DNA of 34,414 nucleotides from Octopus bimaculoides (taxonomy: Eukaryota): positions 82,285,818 through 82,320,231 of the forward strand of contig NC_068988.1 in the NCBI RefSeq assembly GCF_001194135.2. The letters run 5' to 3'. Each line of letters starts with the position of its first letter. Positions within the stretch are counted from its first letter, which is position 1. Made by a program: the position numbers and the translations under genes. Positions 9,355-19,192 of this stretch are shown in pieces. The notes below the pieces were generated by a model. It was not told the origin of the DNA, did no database searches, and saw only the letters and a program-made list of their open reading frames with translations.

Positions 9355-10645
9355 TTGGGTCATCCCATGAATAATGCAGTTTTTTACACTTCTTTTATTT
9401 TTCAAAATTAAGATAAAGCTAAGTTCTTTTTTAATCTAAAATATACTCTCCTTCATTTTCTACAATGCTCTTCTATCTATCTGGTAGACTTGCAAGGCTC
9501 CTCATCCAAAATTCACTTGTCTGTGATGAAAAATACTCATCCAGTACTGTTCTGACGTCGTCTACAGAATTCATATTTTTTCCAATCCAAATGATTTTGA
9601 AGACTGCGGAAAAAATAGTAATCAGATGGGGCAATGTCTGGCAAATATGGTGGGTGGGGCATTGTTTCCCAACTAAACTGCTCCAGACTTTGGAATGTCA
9701 TTCTTGCTGTATGTGGCTGAGCATTATCCTAATGGAATAGCACCTTTCATCTTGAAACCAAAGATGGTCATTTTTCTTCTAGCACTGACTTAAACCACTC
9801 AAGCTGCTTGCAGTGGATTTCCTTTGTTATCGTTTTGTTTGGGTTTAAAAGTTCAAAGTGGACTAAACCTTTCATATCCTACCAAACAGATAACACCTTA
9901 TGTGGGTGAAGACTTTTTCCTTTCTCTACCAGTCTTGCCAGTCTTTCTCCTTTCCCTACCCACTGTCTTCAGCACTTGACATTTTTATAGAGAACCTATT
10001 TTACATCATCAGTCACTATTCGGTTCAAAAAAGGTTCATTCATGAGATGTGATAGTAAAAAAGAGCACACATTCACTCATTGCATGCGATTAGACTCAGA
10101 AAGTTTGTAAGAAATCCACTGACCCAATTTGCTGACTTTTCCAATGGCACATAGGTGTCAATGAATGGTTGAATAACCAAATCCAAGCTTCCCTGCTAGT
10201 TTTTCAATAGTTACAATGGGATTTTGTTCCACCAGGTTTGCAGGACATCCTCATCAAGCTCTACAGATCTTCCAGAATGAAGCTCATCTTCTAGGCTGTA
10301 GTTTCCAGCTCAGAATTTCTGGAACCACTGTTGACTTTGGCTTATGCTTATTGTCCGATCCCCATATACAGCATTAATACTCCTTGCACTTTCTATTGTG
10401 TTGTTGCCTTTATTGAACTCATAAAGCAAAATATGCCACATATGCTCCTTTGAAATTTCCATTATAGCTTTGAAAAAATAGCTGTTAAAATTGAACAGCT
10501 CTCTTCAAAACTTGCACTAAGAATAAGTACAAGGTAAAATTACTTCCTGCTTTTATAGCAAGTTGATGCAGGGGGTTTATCTCATCCCCCTCTGACTTTT
10601 AATCCATGCAATTGAATAAACAACATTATTCATGGGATGACCCAA
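9355..10645 (-). mobile_element. Full-length mariner (Tc1/mariner, DD34D) DNA transposon, 1291 bp
   Basis: TIRs TTGGGTCATCCCATGAATAATG (22 bp identical, about 30 bp total) at both ends, TA on each side, inserted in a (TA)n tract; internal transposase pseudogene. Confidence 0.95.
9431..10462 (-). pseudogene. Mariner transposase pseudogene (~343 codons, multiple stops and frameshifts)
   Basis: MEISKEHMWHILLYEFNKGNN...; GKVSKLGQWISYKL (WVPHEL equivalent); IVTDDVK*; FH*DNAQPHTARMT; MPHPPYLPDIAPSDY (YSPDLAP equivalent); 34 residues between second and third D; ends GEYILD*. Confidence 0.92.
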
Positions 10646-10892
10646 TATATGTATATATATATGTGTGTGTGTGTGNNNNNNNNNNNNNNNNNNNNNNNNN
10701 NNNNNNNNNNNNNNNNNNNNNNNNNNNNNNNNNNNNNNNNNNNNNNNNNNNNNNNNNNNNNNNNNNNNNNNNNNNNNNNNNNNNNNNNNNNNNNNNNAGA
10801 TAGATAGATAGATAGATAGATAGATACATACATACATACATATATATATATATATACATACATAAATACAAACACACATATATATACATACA

Positions 10893-10941
<49 letters not shown>

Positions 10942-11029
10942 ATGTATAAGTGCATGTGTAAGTGACATACGTGTATGATTAAGATAAATAGATGTCTATG
11001 TATTAAAAAAATGTTAATGACAAACAGAA

Positions 11030-11150
11030 TCAACCTGTAGAAGGGTGCTGCAGGGAGACTGCTTGTCCTTGATCTTGATCTGTTTATCATGTTGTACCAG
11101 ACAGACTGATATAGCTGCTGTGTAGGAATTTCTAATATGAACACAGGACT
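11030..11150 (-). pseudogene. Possible decayed RTE-type LINE C-terminal remnant
   Basis: Frames WYNMINRS and STLLQV resemble WYGHVxRS...KTILQG of RTE C-termini; weak. Confidence 0.25.
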
Positions 11151-11199
11151 GCAAGTAAGGAGGAAAGGTAAAGTCAACTCTGACCACTCCCAGTCCTTG

Positions 11200-11505
11200 T
11201 GTGGCATTTTAATTTATCAACCCCAGAGTGATAAAAAGAGAAAGTAATCTCAGAGGGATTTGAACTCACAACATAAAGAGCTATAGCTAAACACCACACA
11301 GTAGTTTGTCCGCCAGTAAATATTGATTTTTTTTTCTTTAACATAACAAAGGCAGAGTTAAGTCCTAGTTTTTCACAAATAGTTCTTTTATCATTTGCAA
11401 AAGGATGAAAGAAAAGTCAATCTAAGCAGGATTAGATCTTGGAACATAAAGGTATGTAGTAACTAAGCACCACAGCAAATTTTCTTTGATTCTCTACCAG
11501 TTCTG
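11200..11505 (-). mobile_element. Two adjacent very degenerate SINE fragments (family of 1751-1968)
   Basis: AATTTATCAACCCCAGAGTGATAAAAAGAG...GATTTGAACTCACAAC (11210-11320) and AAAGGATGAAAGAAAAGTCAAT (11400-11425). Confidence 0.4.
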
Positions 11506-11882
11506 CTAATTGTTATATCATGACTATGAATATAAAGAAAATAAGACAAAAAAAACAGAGAGATATTATTTAGCTATGATGATTACAGTGAAAACATTCA
11601 AACCAATGGCTCTAGTAATTTTACCAGTTTTTCTAGTTAAAAGTCAATGTTTCCTGTCAAATAGTTTATTGTTTCTTCTCATTGAGGTCAGCTTTTCTTA
11701 GACATTATACTCAGTTTCTAACAAACAACATTAGTCGGGCATATACTTATTGCTGTTGTCATTGTTGTTGTTATTTTTGTTATATTTCTCTGATAGCATA
11801 TATAGTGTTTTTGCTTGGGGATGGGTATGCATGTATGCATGTCTGTATATGGATGTTTTGTGTATAAATGTGTGTGTGTGTG

Positions 11883-11949
<67 letters not shown>

Positions 11950-12316
11950 ATGTGACTATGAATAATGTCATAATAATTGCAAAACTGTAAGATATTTCAG
12001 ATTAATGAAGATGGATGTGTTCTGGATAGAGATTGTTTTTAACCATGGTAACATCAACTTCTTTGTGTACATACAATATTTGAAATTATCAGGGAGATGA
12101 GTTGGTAAACACAATCAACTGTCAGGTTAAAGACAATTTTATTCCTGTATGTTCCATGTACAAAACCTGCTCAGATAGATTTAACCAATCATCCTTCTTT
12201 TTAATATGAATTTTTGCTTTGTGCAAAAATCAATAAGAAAAGTCATTCTTTTCATGAATCACTAGAACCAGCATTTAGCCAGTATTAAACATTGATTACT
12301 AAAATATTAATTCGAT

Positions 12317-12895
12317 GTTAAAAGATATTTATTAGCTTCAGGGGCAGTATTAACACTGAGAGGTAATATTTAATGTAGATGTTCTGTTAGAACAAACTAT
12401 ACTGTGGTAGTTACCATGAGAGAAACTATCATATTGGCTTTTAGGGGTCTCAGCACTGGAGGTGGTGAGGATTTATCTCCCTACTAGCGATAGAAACAAG
12501 TATGCATTTTGCACCAAAAGCCAATATGAGAGTTTATCTCATGGTATCTACCACAGTATAGTTTGTTCTAAAAGAACATGAACGTTTAAGCAGGGATAAT
12601 TATTACCTCTCAGTGTTAATACTGCCTCTGTTGCTAACAAATATTTTTTTAACAAGCTCACTGACAACACTAGTGTCTGGGGAGATGAATCGCTGCTACC
12701 TCTAGCAATCAAGCAGCCATCATTGACAAAACCAAAGAAGAGCGAAATCACATGATCTGATGGTCACAGTGCAGAAGTTGGTGAGGATTTATCTCCCTGC
12801 TAGTGATATAAACAAGAGTGCTTTTTGCACCAAAAGCCAATATGAAAGTTTCTCTCGTGGTAACCACTGCAGTGTAGTTTGTTCTAGCAGAACAT
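12317..12895. repeat. Composite inverted plus direct repeat (MITE-like fold-back with duplicated module)
   Basis: 12317-12442 is the inverted copy of 12516-12653; 12464-12579 is directly repeated at 12780-12895. Confidence 0.85.
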
Positions 12896-13700
12896 CCTTA
12901 TTTAAGTTGGGATGAATATTAATTAAATGAGGAATAAAGTTGTCCCTTAACAGGCTGTTAATCCATTGCGGGTAAACTGACCAGACAAGACTATGAATTA
13001 TTTTTCTCAGTTAATGAACAATAATAAATAAAAACCAGTTGTCCAGAAATAAATTGGCCTTGATATATGATCTACGTTTATGCATAGGTACAATCTACAT
13101 TTACTACATAGGTACAATAGTTTTGAGGTTAAGGTGGAGGATTACTTCCCATCATAATTTCATGTCTTACTACAACAATGACCAATGTACATGATACTAT
13201 TTGTTCCAGTCTGCTTGATTAAAATAAAATAACTTCCTCACTTATTTCATGGTTGAGTGGTTAGCTATAAGAAAAGCACTAACTGGAACAAGTCAACAAT
13301 CCAATGTAAACATGAAAATAATACAAATGTGAAAGAGTGAATAAGGGAAATAGAAGAGAGAGAGAGTGTGAGAGAGACGGAGAGAGGGGAAGGGGGGATT
13401 GGGGGAGAGAGAGGTTTTTCTCTATTACTTGTATTATAGTAGAGTTTCCCACAATTCATAGTGCTTCTAAAGTCCTCTTTCAAGAAATATTTATTAAAGA
13501 CACCTTTTATATAGTACACCCATTATTGACAACATATATAATTATATGTATGTATGTATGTACGTATGTATGTATGTATTAAACAAAAACGAGCTGTTAG
13601 AAATAACTCAGAACATATATTTGAACAACATAGACATATGTCGTTATATCAAGTCCCATACAACATAAATTCCTGATTTGTCACAGTCAATTGTACTACT

Positions 13701-14152
13701 AGAAGATGTGTCACATTAACCAGATAGCAATTAGGACCAGAAGTGGGGAATAATCAAACAATTCAAAAATTCTCCAACACTGACATGCCATTAAGGAATA
13801 GGAAAGATTCATAAGAGGATAGTCATGGACAAGTGTTCCTGCATCAATTAGATATCATCAGCATGACAATAATCCTAATCTATCTCCAGTAGCCAAGGGA
13901 ATTAAACATGCAAAAAAGAGTAGGAAGCATTTATGACCCAGGTAATTTGCATAATTTAACAAAAATGAACCAGGAGAAATAATTCAGACTGGCCAGTGGG
14001 ATATATTGATATCCATTGAAGCAGAAACAAATGTCCTTGACTATCTTCTAATCTCCAGAAAATAAATATGTCCATCTCCGTAATGGCATGTCAGCTTTGG
14101 AGAATACCTGATTCTTGAGATTACCCCCTTTGGTAATTAGGATACATCTTCT
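13701..14152. repeat. Old, diverged fold-back element (~450 bp)
   Basis: TTCTCCAACACTGACATGCCATTA (13770) vs TAATGGCATGTCAGCTTTGGAGAA (14081-14104); GATAGTCA.GGACA..TGTT.CTGC.TCAAT and AGAAGATGT/ACATCTTCT also mirror. Confidence 0.7.
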
Positions 14153-14256
14153 GGAAGTGCAGATAATTTTTGATAAATCAAGAATTTATGTTCTGTAGCA
14201 TTTGACATCTAAAATTTATCTATGTGGTTCAGAAACATGACATTGACCACTCTGAG

Positions 14257-14258
<2 letters not shown>

Positions 14259-14326
<68 letters not shown>

Positions 14327-14505
14327 ATGTGTGTGTGCGTGTGTGTATGTGTGTGTATATGTGTGTGTGTACACATGCGTGCATGTGTGTATGCATGTGT
14401 GTGCATGCATGTGTGTGTGTGTATGCGTGTGTGTGTGTGCATGTCTGTGTGTGTGCATGCATGTGTGTGCGTGTGTTCACATGTGTGTGTACATGTGTAC
14501 ATATT
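14259..14505. repeat. Long compound (TG)n/(CATG) microsatellite; representative of dozens of (TA)n, (CA)n, (GA)n, (TAGA)n and (TATG)n tracts in the window
   Basis: Directly visible; explains the HT/CV/YI-repeat ORFs of the ORF track. Confidence 0.95.
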
Positions 14506-14791
14506 TGATATGCCTATATTAATCTATCTGTCTCTCTGTCCGTTTATCTATATAGACAGGCAGACATATATATATAGATAGATAGATAGACAGATAGACA
14601 GACAGGCGGGCAGATAGATATTTTCGTTTAAATTATACAAATTGCATGGGCCATGAATAAGTTCTATTTGTTTTTGTCTTTGTCTAAGTTCTTTTGTTCC
14701 TAGAGGAAAGGTTGGATGACTGCTGTACTAATGAAGCATAGTAGTTGAGGTAAATAGATGTGCATGCATGTGTGTATAAACACATGCATAC

Positions 14792-14822
<31 letters not shown>

Positions 14823-15551
14823 NNNNNNNNNNNNNNNNNNNNNNNNNNNNNNNNNNNNNNNNNNNNNNNNNNNNNNNNNNNNNNNNNNNNNNNNNNNNNN
14901 NNNNNNNNNNNNNNNNNNNNNNNNNNNNNNNNNNNNNNNNNNNNNNNNNNNNNNNNNNNNNNNNNNNNNNNNNNNNNNNNNNNNNNNNNNNNNNNNNNNN
15001 NNNNNNNNNNNNNNNNNNNNNNNNNNNNNNNNNNNNNNNNNNNNNNNNNNNNNNNNNNNNNNNNNNNNNNNNNNNNNNNNNNNNNNNNNNNNNNNNNNNN
15101 NNNNNNNNNNNNNNNNNNNNNNAAAGATTATATCTTACAAGGTTGGACTATCGTCAGCAGAAATGACCAGACAACATATGAAGCACGAATCAGTACGCAG
15201 CATGGTTCGTGTTCTTATGTCTAATTTTTCAAAATATACCGCGTATTTACGGTTTACCTAATCGGCAGCAAATACAAAAATGCAAAATGCCGAAATTCCT
15301 TCAGAAAATCATCCAAAAAGAATTTTATCATTATTAATAAATTATAGGGTAGCAAAGAAAATTTTAGAAATTTTATTTACCACCAGTGGTCTAGCGAGAT
15401 AATAATTTATTAATATATATATATATATATATATACCAGAGTAAGCACATAAATATGAAACAAGGTGGGGAATATAGTACTCAAATACCAGAGGTAGAGT
15501 AATATGCTTTGTTATTAATGCTGCAAAAACATCACAAAAATATCACAAAAA

Positions 15552-15591
15552 ACTGCTACTCAGAGTTTCACATTCCCATTTGTTGGACAGT
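15552..15591 (-). ncRNA. Mirror degenerate minimal hammerhead motif
   Basis: ACTGT-CCAACAA-ATG GGAA TGT-GAAAC-TCTGA-GTA-GCAGT; stem II consistent with ancestral ACG-GGAA-CGT after CpG decay. Confidence 0.55.
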
Positions 15592-15614
15592 TGTGATTAA
15601 GAATCTTAATCACA

Positions 15615-15654
15615 ACTGTCTGACAAACAGCTACATGAAACTCTGAGTAGCAGT
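15615..15654 (+). ncRNA. Degenerate minimal type I hammerhead motif
   Basis: ACTGT-CTGACAA-ACAGCTACAT-GAAAC-TCTGA-GTA-GCAGT; stem III ACTC/GAGT, stem I pairs, core G8 replaced by A. Confidence 0.6.
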
Positions 15655-15704
15655 CTTTTGTGATATTTTTGTGATGTTTTTGCTGCTTTAACAGATATAC
15701 ATAT

Positions 15705-16022
15705 CTGGTGGCACACAATAAGCACCATTCATGCATGTGTCATTGCCAGTGCCACCTGACTAGTTCCCCATGCCGGTGGCATGTAAAAAGCACCATCCAA
15801 ATGTGGCCGATGCCAGTGCCACCTGACTGGCTCCCGTGCCAGTGGCACACAAAAAGCACCCACTACACTCTCGGAGTGGCTGGCATTAGGAAGGGCTTCC
15901 AGCTGTAGAAACATTGCCAGATCAGATTTGAGCTTGGTGCGGCCTCTTGGCTTGCCAGTCCCCAGTGAAACCATCCAACCCATGACAACGGACATTAAGC
16001 AATGATGATGATGATGATGATG
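15705..16022 (+). mobile_element. SINE with V-domain-like GGCATTAGGAAGGGC.TCCAGCTGTAGAAAC, internal ~66-bp tandem units and (ATG)n tail
   Basis: About 2.3 copies of GGTGGCA..AAAAGCACC...GCCAGTGCCACCTGACT..CCC.TGCC; homologous reverse copy at 25437-25668. Confidence 0.75.
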
Positions 16023-16974
16023 ATATATAAATATATATATAAATGTATGTATTCATGTTGGTAATATATATCCTATTGGAAAGTGCCTATGTTCTACAAC
16101 AGGGACCTTACTAACTATTTGAACTTATTCATTATTCTCATAATCTTATCCCATCCAGGTTTTATATGAAATTAGGGTCCGTCAAATTCTCTATCCCTAT
16201 GGAAATATCTGTTGATAGTTTATACTTCTGGTGTATTAATGCCAATATCCTAAATGTTTTTAACCTTCAACTGAAAATGGTAACTAGCAATGCCAATACT
16301 AATTCTGCAAATATGTTATTGATATTTGCTATGAAGAGTCATGTCTGATTACTATATTTCCTCAAACTCGATATTATATTTCTATGATTGCATCATATAG
16401 ATCAGTATTTTTCAGCCAGTTTGATTCATATTTTACTCCAGTGGACCCTCAAAATCATTCAATGTTTTAAAAATGCCTATTGCATTTTTTATAATTAAAT
16501 ATTAAAAAGAATTGTATTAAAAAAATTGTTAAAATATTTTAAGTATTTGCAAATAAATTTTAATGACAAAATTTTATATGGACCCTGATTGAGAACTACT
16601 GATATTGATGCAGACCAAAGACAAGTCACATACCCAACACCCACCCCAAGGAGTGAGATGTTTGTACTAAACCTTGTTGAACTAAGGGCTATGAGGGTAC
16701 AGTATGTGATACAGTACATTGGTTTATGTAGGTGCAAGGCCTCAGATTTACAGATAAGGGAAGGTGATAATGTAGTGATGGTCATATCTTTTATTAAAGC
16801 ATTATCACATGTGTAATCATCTGGTGGTCAAGTTTGCAATCACGCTAATTTTTCATGATCCCATATATCATTCATGTTGGTCAGTGAGAAGATATTTCGT
16901 ATTCATACAAAGTTGGTCAATGAATCAATTGCAGTATTTTTGCTTGGCAGCTGACATGTATATGTCTATATCAA

Positions 16975-17246
16975 GGGAATATATCACTAATGGGAATATA
17001 TCACTAATGGGAATATATCACTAATGGGAATATATCACTAATGGGAATATATCACTAATGGGAATATATCACTAATGGGAATATATCACTAATGGGAATA
17101 TATCACTAATGGGAATATATCACTAATGGGAATATATCACTAATGGGAATATATCACTAATGGGAATATATCACTAATGGGAATATATCACTAATGGGAA
17201 TATATCACTAATGGGAATATATCACTAATGGGAATATATTACTAAT
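16975..17246. repeat. 17-bp minisatellite (GGGAATATATCACTAAT) x16
   Basis: 15 identical units plus a last unit with one C>T; no spacers. Confidence 0.97.
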
Positions 17247-17743
17247 GACTCTTTACTTTGCTTTGCTCTCCAGTAATGTCCTGCAAAACACCTGTTTTTT
17301 TCTCTCTCTCTCTCTCCCCCTCTCTCTCTCTAATGACATCTGTGATTGTTAGAAGATTGTCATTACATACATACATGCATCAGAATATACAAGGAGCTTT
17401 CATCAACTGACAAAGTAATAGGTATGTCTTATTTGTGCTGTATTTGGTTTACCACAAAACTCTAACTTGAACTGCAACTGAAAGTCTGATGTTGAGACTG
17501 CCTATCAGAGGCAGCTAGAAGTGGTTTTTCTTTAAGCAGGTAGATAAAAATAAGAGTAAGTATGAAAGAGCAAATCATTTGGCATCACTCAAGAAAGACA
17601 TTTAATTTAGATCAAGAATATTGAATGAGTGATGCCAAAAGTTTTGCTTTCTCATTTTTACTTTAATCTATGCATACACATCGATACATACACACGTGTA
17701 TATACACATACATACATACATACATACATACATACATACATAC

Positions 17744-18845
17744 ATGAAAACCCAGGAGATACTAACAAGCACACGTGATTTTCACATCAACAGTGATGTA
17801 GAGCGCCCCTGCCTAAAACAAAAACAAGGCAGTAATGAAGTTGCAAGACTCAACCACAACGTATCGTCAGATGAAAGGATGAGCATATATGAGCAGAAGA
17901 CCTTGCATGGATATGTTAATAGAAAGCTCAGAGATGATAGTAACATTGATTATCAAAGCAGTCTATCATGGACCAACATCCAGATTACTACCTCCCACTT
18001 TGAAAGGTATGCATTTGCAATCCAGGAACAGGAAATATCAACCAAATACCTGATGCATAAAAGGGACAGAGATGCAGAAAAACAGTAAAAGTGATAACCA
18101 ATGCAAACTTTGTGGAGTTAACACCAAAGATATCCCCGACACCATAAGCAGTTATCCAAAAATGTCATCACAGTATTATCTACCAATGGGACATGATGTT
18201 GCAGCTAGGACAATATCCATCAAAAGGATAATCCTGATAACAAAGAAATATGAACCCACAGTATGATGGAAACCATAGCCCCTCATAAGAAAAAGGTGCA
18301 CTGATGGAATGTCCCAGTGAAAACCTCAATAACATATAAATATAACAGACCAGACATAATGATTTGGGACACAGAAGAGACATTGTGTACAGCTGTGGAA
18401 ATCAGCTGCCCAGCAGATGTTAACATGAAGCTGAAGATCAGTGAAAAAGAGAATACCTACACTGAACTGTTGGGATATCTGCAGTTACTTTATCCAGATT
18501 GCAAGTTCTAGTTTATACCTGTAATTATTGGAGCACTGGGATATGTAACACACTGCCTAAATATCAATCATAAGAAATCAGGCTTCTCAAAACCAGAAAG
18601 GACAAAAACTACAGATCCAAGTCATCACTGGAACTGTAAAAACCTGTAAAACTTTTCAGAGGTTTAGCATTTAAGTATTCATAAGCATGTCTAGATATGC
18701 AATTATATGCATGAGAAGACATACATAAAACAAAATAAAACAAAATCTGCACGTCTACATACATACATACTAAAATACCCTTTTGCTGATGAAGGAGCCT
18801 TGGATCGAGGTTATAAACTGGATTTTCTCTATTAGCAAGAAAATA
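17744..18845 (+). pseudogene. 3' portion of an R4/Dong-like RLE non-LTR retrotransposon (zinc knuckle, endonuclease, 3' UTR), frameshifted
   Basis: KTLHGYVNRKL...FAIQEQEISTKYL; CKLCGVNTKDIPDTISSYP...HDVAART (decayed CCHC); YNRPDIMIWD...VEISCPADVNMKLKISEKENTY; FIPVIIGALG; stop at 18672-18674. Confidence 0.85.
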
Positions 18846-18847
18846 TT

Positions 18848-19070
18848 TAGGTTGTGTTCTTGAGCAAAAACATTTCATTTCACGTTGCTCTGTGATAATT
18901 TCATCATCTGACATGTGACACAAGGTGCACCTGTACAGGTAATGTCAATTTGATGGAGGAAGTGAGCTTATGTGAACACAAACATTTGATCATTATAAAC
19001 AAAACATCTGTTTGGTTGTTTGGCAAGAAATTGCCAAACCCTCATACATTGTCTAACGGCAGGAGAGTCC
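18848..19070 (+). mobile_element. 5'-truncated SINE (CORE-like body with a distinct tail)
   Basis: TTGTGTTCTTGAGCAAAAACATTTCATTTCACGTTGCTC shared with the 9003, 20626 and 31041 copies. Confidence 0.55.
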
Positions 19071-19140
19071 ATGATATATATATATGGATGTGTGTGTGTG
19101 TGTGTTTGTGTGTGTGTGTTTGTGTGTGTTTGTCTGTGTT

Positions 19141-19192
<52 letters not shown>

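Larger units (their letters stand above)
15435..15691. mobile_element. Fold-back element (177-bp palindrome 15515-15691 centred on 15603) with one-sided tail abutting (TA)n; Penelope-like terminus
   Basis: AAAAACATCACAAAAATATCACAAAA..CTGCTACTCAGAGTTTCA...ACAGTTGTGATTAAGA-A-TCTTAATCACAACTGT...TGAAACTCTGAGTAGCAG..TTTTGTGATATTTTTGTGATGTTTTT. Confidence 0.85.

Noticed and set aside
12350-12440. Hammerhead motif in the 12.3-kb fold-back
   Set aside because: CTGAGAG does not fit CUGANGA, and GAAAC-TATC-ATA lacks the GU needed for stem III.
14209-14581. Many overlapping HT-, CV- and YI-repeat ORFs (here and elsewhere) and X-containing ORFs
   Set aside because: Dinucleotide microsatellites and N-gaps, not genes.
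14704-14749. + strand segment with strong acceptor and GTAAAT donor
   Set aside because: Stops in all three frames; could only be a non-coding or terminal exon, with no supporting evidence.
16589-16816. 75-aa ORF with VQYVIQY/CRC content
   Set aside because: Starts at a non-ATG codon, no clear splice signals or family motif; length is within chance expectation.
16975-17246. CRISPR-like array
   Set aside because: Head-to-tail identical 17-mers with no spacers, eukaryotic context, no cas genes.
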